Both the position numbers and the translations under genes were made by a program. The notes beneath the pieces are model-generated. The model saw nothing but the letters and a program-made list of their open reading frames with translations. It did no database searches and was not told where the DNA came from. This document shows positions 62,620 through 64,000 of a stretch of DNA of 64,000 nucleotides, one piece after another (positions within the stretch are counted from its first letter, which is position 1; each line of letters begins with the position of its first letter). Location of the stretch: contig OZ249445.1 in NCBI GenBank assembly GCA_965235115.1, positions 13,082,001-13,146,000 on the forward strand, given 5' to 3'. The stretch is from Laetmonice hystrix. Lineage: Eukaryota.

Positions 62620-63157
62620 TTCCGAGTGGAGTGTGAGGGTAATCGGCGTTGTGTGTGGGGGTAATCAGTGGAGTTCTGAGAGTATTAATCAGTGGGGAGT
62701 GTGGGTGTGTTTGGGATATTAATCAGTGGGGGTGGGGGGTAGGTAATCCGTGAAGTGTTGGGGATATTAATCAGTGAAGTTTGGGGGGCAATCAGTGGAC
62801 TGTTTGGGATATTAATCAGTGGACTGTTTGGGATATTAATCAGTAGGTGTGGGGGCAATCAGTGGACTGTTTGGGATATTAATCAGTGGGGGTGTGGGGG
62901 CAATCAGTGCAGTGTTTATGATATTAATCAGTAGGTGTGGGGACAATCAGTGGACTGTTTGGGATATTAATCAGTGGGGGTGTGGGGGCAATCAGTGGAG
63001 TGTTTGGGATGTTAATCAGTGGGGTGTGAGGGGGCAATCAGTGCAGTGTTTGGGATGTTAATCAGTGGGGGTGTGGGGGCAATCAGTGCAGTGTTTAGGA
63101 TATTAATCAGTGGGGTGTGTGGGGGCAATCAGTGCAGTGTTTAGGATATTAATCAGT
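62620..63157 (+). repeat. Second block of satellite A
   Basis: aatcagtggactgtttgggatattaatcagtgggggtgtgggggc units. Confidence 0.92.
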
Positions 63158-63253
63158 TATACCGCGATAGAGCGATAGTGTCTGGCGTTCACTGATTGGC
63201 TGTATGCCAATGAAGCTGCCCTATAGCCGGGCCTGCGTGTCGGGAATCTTATA

Positions 63254-63537
63254 GGCCATGGGCCAGATATGGTCCCCGTGCACCCCCCCCCCCCCACCAC
63301 CACCACCACTCAACAAAACAATTGAACCATACCCCCTTATTTTCGTTTGGCCCGAAAGTCAAAAAAACGACATAGGGTACCCTTACAAAAGCAATCAAAA
63401 CATGGAGTGCATCCCTGAATTTTCAATGTTAACATGTAATTTCGTGTTCAGTAGATCCAGGAGCTTCAGAAAAAAACAGTTTTGTTGAGTGGTGTGGGGG
63501 GGGGGGGGTGCACAGGGACCATATCTAGCCCATGGCC
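63254..63537. mobile_element. MITE (284 bp) with ~70-bp imperfect TIRs and TA flanks
   Basis: TA|ggccatgggccagatatggtccccgtgcacccc..ccactcaacaaaac ... gttttgttgagtgg..ggggtgcacagggaccatatctagcccatggcc|TA. Confidence 0.8.
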
Positions 63538-64000
63538 TATCAGGGTAACCCCACGTGATACTAAGAGTTTGCACATTAGACCATTGATGGCATTGAGAAG
63601 TCTCTGTGGTTGTGTTTTGGTTCCGATCAAACATTTTGATGAGAGTCAGACTCTGGCTGATGTCCAGATAAATATTACTGTACCATAAAATAATCTGAGA
63701 TAGGATGTCACTGGGAATACACGTAGACAAATGTTGACATTTTACGTCTAGATTCGGTGTTGTGAGAAGAAATTAACAGTTAATGATTCATTTAAATGTT
63801 GTTTAATTAGCCCGCTTACTGAAAGATCGAAATATAAGAAAACAAAGCTGTACTCTTTGAGGAATGATCTGTGGATTGTACAAAAGTGAGATGTAATTCA
63901 AGTAGGCTTATGAAGCAAAAAGGAGAGGACGGGAGAGAGAAGATGTGTAAATCTCCCGTCTCTCATGTTCCGAAAACTGCCTTTCAAAACTCGCACGTGT

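Overview
Animal genomic DNA, most likely a non-vertebrate bilaterian (inferred from repeat types and gene structure). It is gene-poor and rich in transposon remnants. I found no prokaryotic features, rRNA, tRNA genes or CRISPR arrays. The only host gene I recognise is the 3' end of an FBXO47-like gene (three + strand exons, 5672-8887). The dominant feature is a very young, apparently intact 10.4-kb Ty3/Gypsy LTR retrotransposon on the - strand (41543-51929). It has 1845-bp LTRs that look identical, a TAAA target-site duplication, a tRNA-Leu primer-binding site, a PPT, and gag and pol ORFs joined by a predicted -1 frameshift. It is nested in a TTAA-ended Kolobok-like element that also carries a pogo-like insert and a probable MULE transposase fragment. 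The rest is Tc1/pogo/Kolobok-type MITEs, a decayed Tc1 transposase with a minisatellite inside its HTH region, a HINE/Helentron-like repeat, and several satellites. The most unusual signal is a 4.8-kb unit (26945-31765) bounded by ~580-bp inverted repeats. Each repeat carries three CTCF-consensus motifs, and the mismatches between the arms are overwhelmingly one-directional (G-T type on the + strand), pointing to strand-specific editing, strand-specific mutation or selection for a long RNA stem. All alignments and counts were made by eye; family assignments rest on recalled motifs, not database searches.
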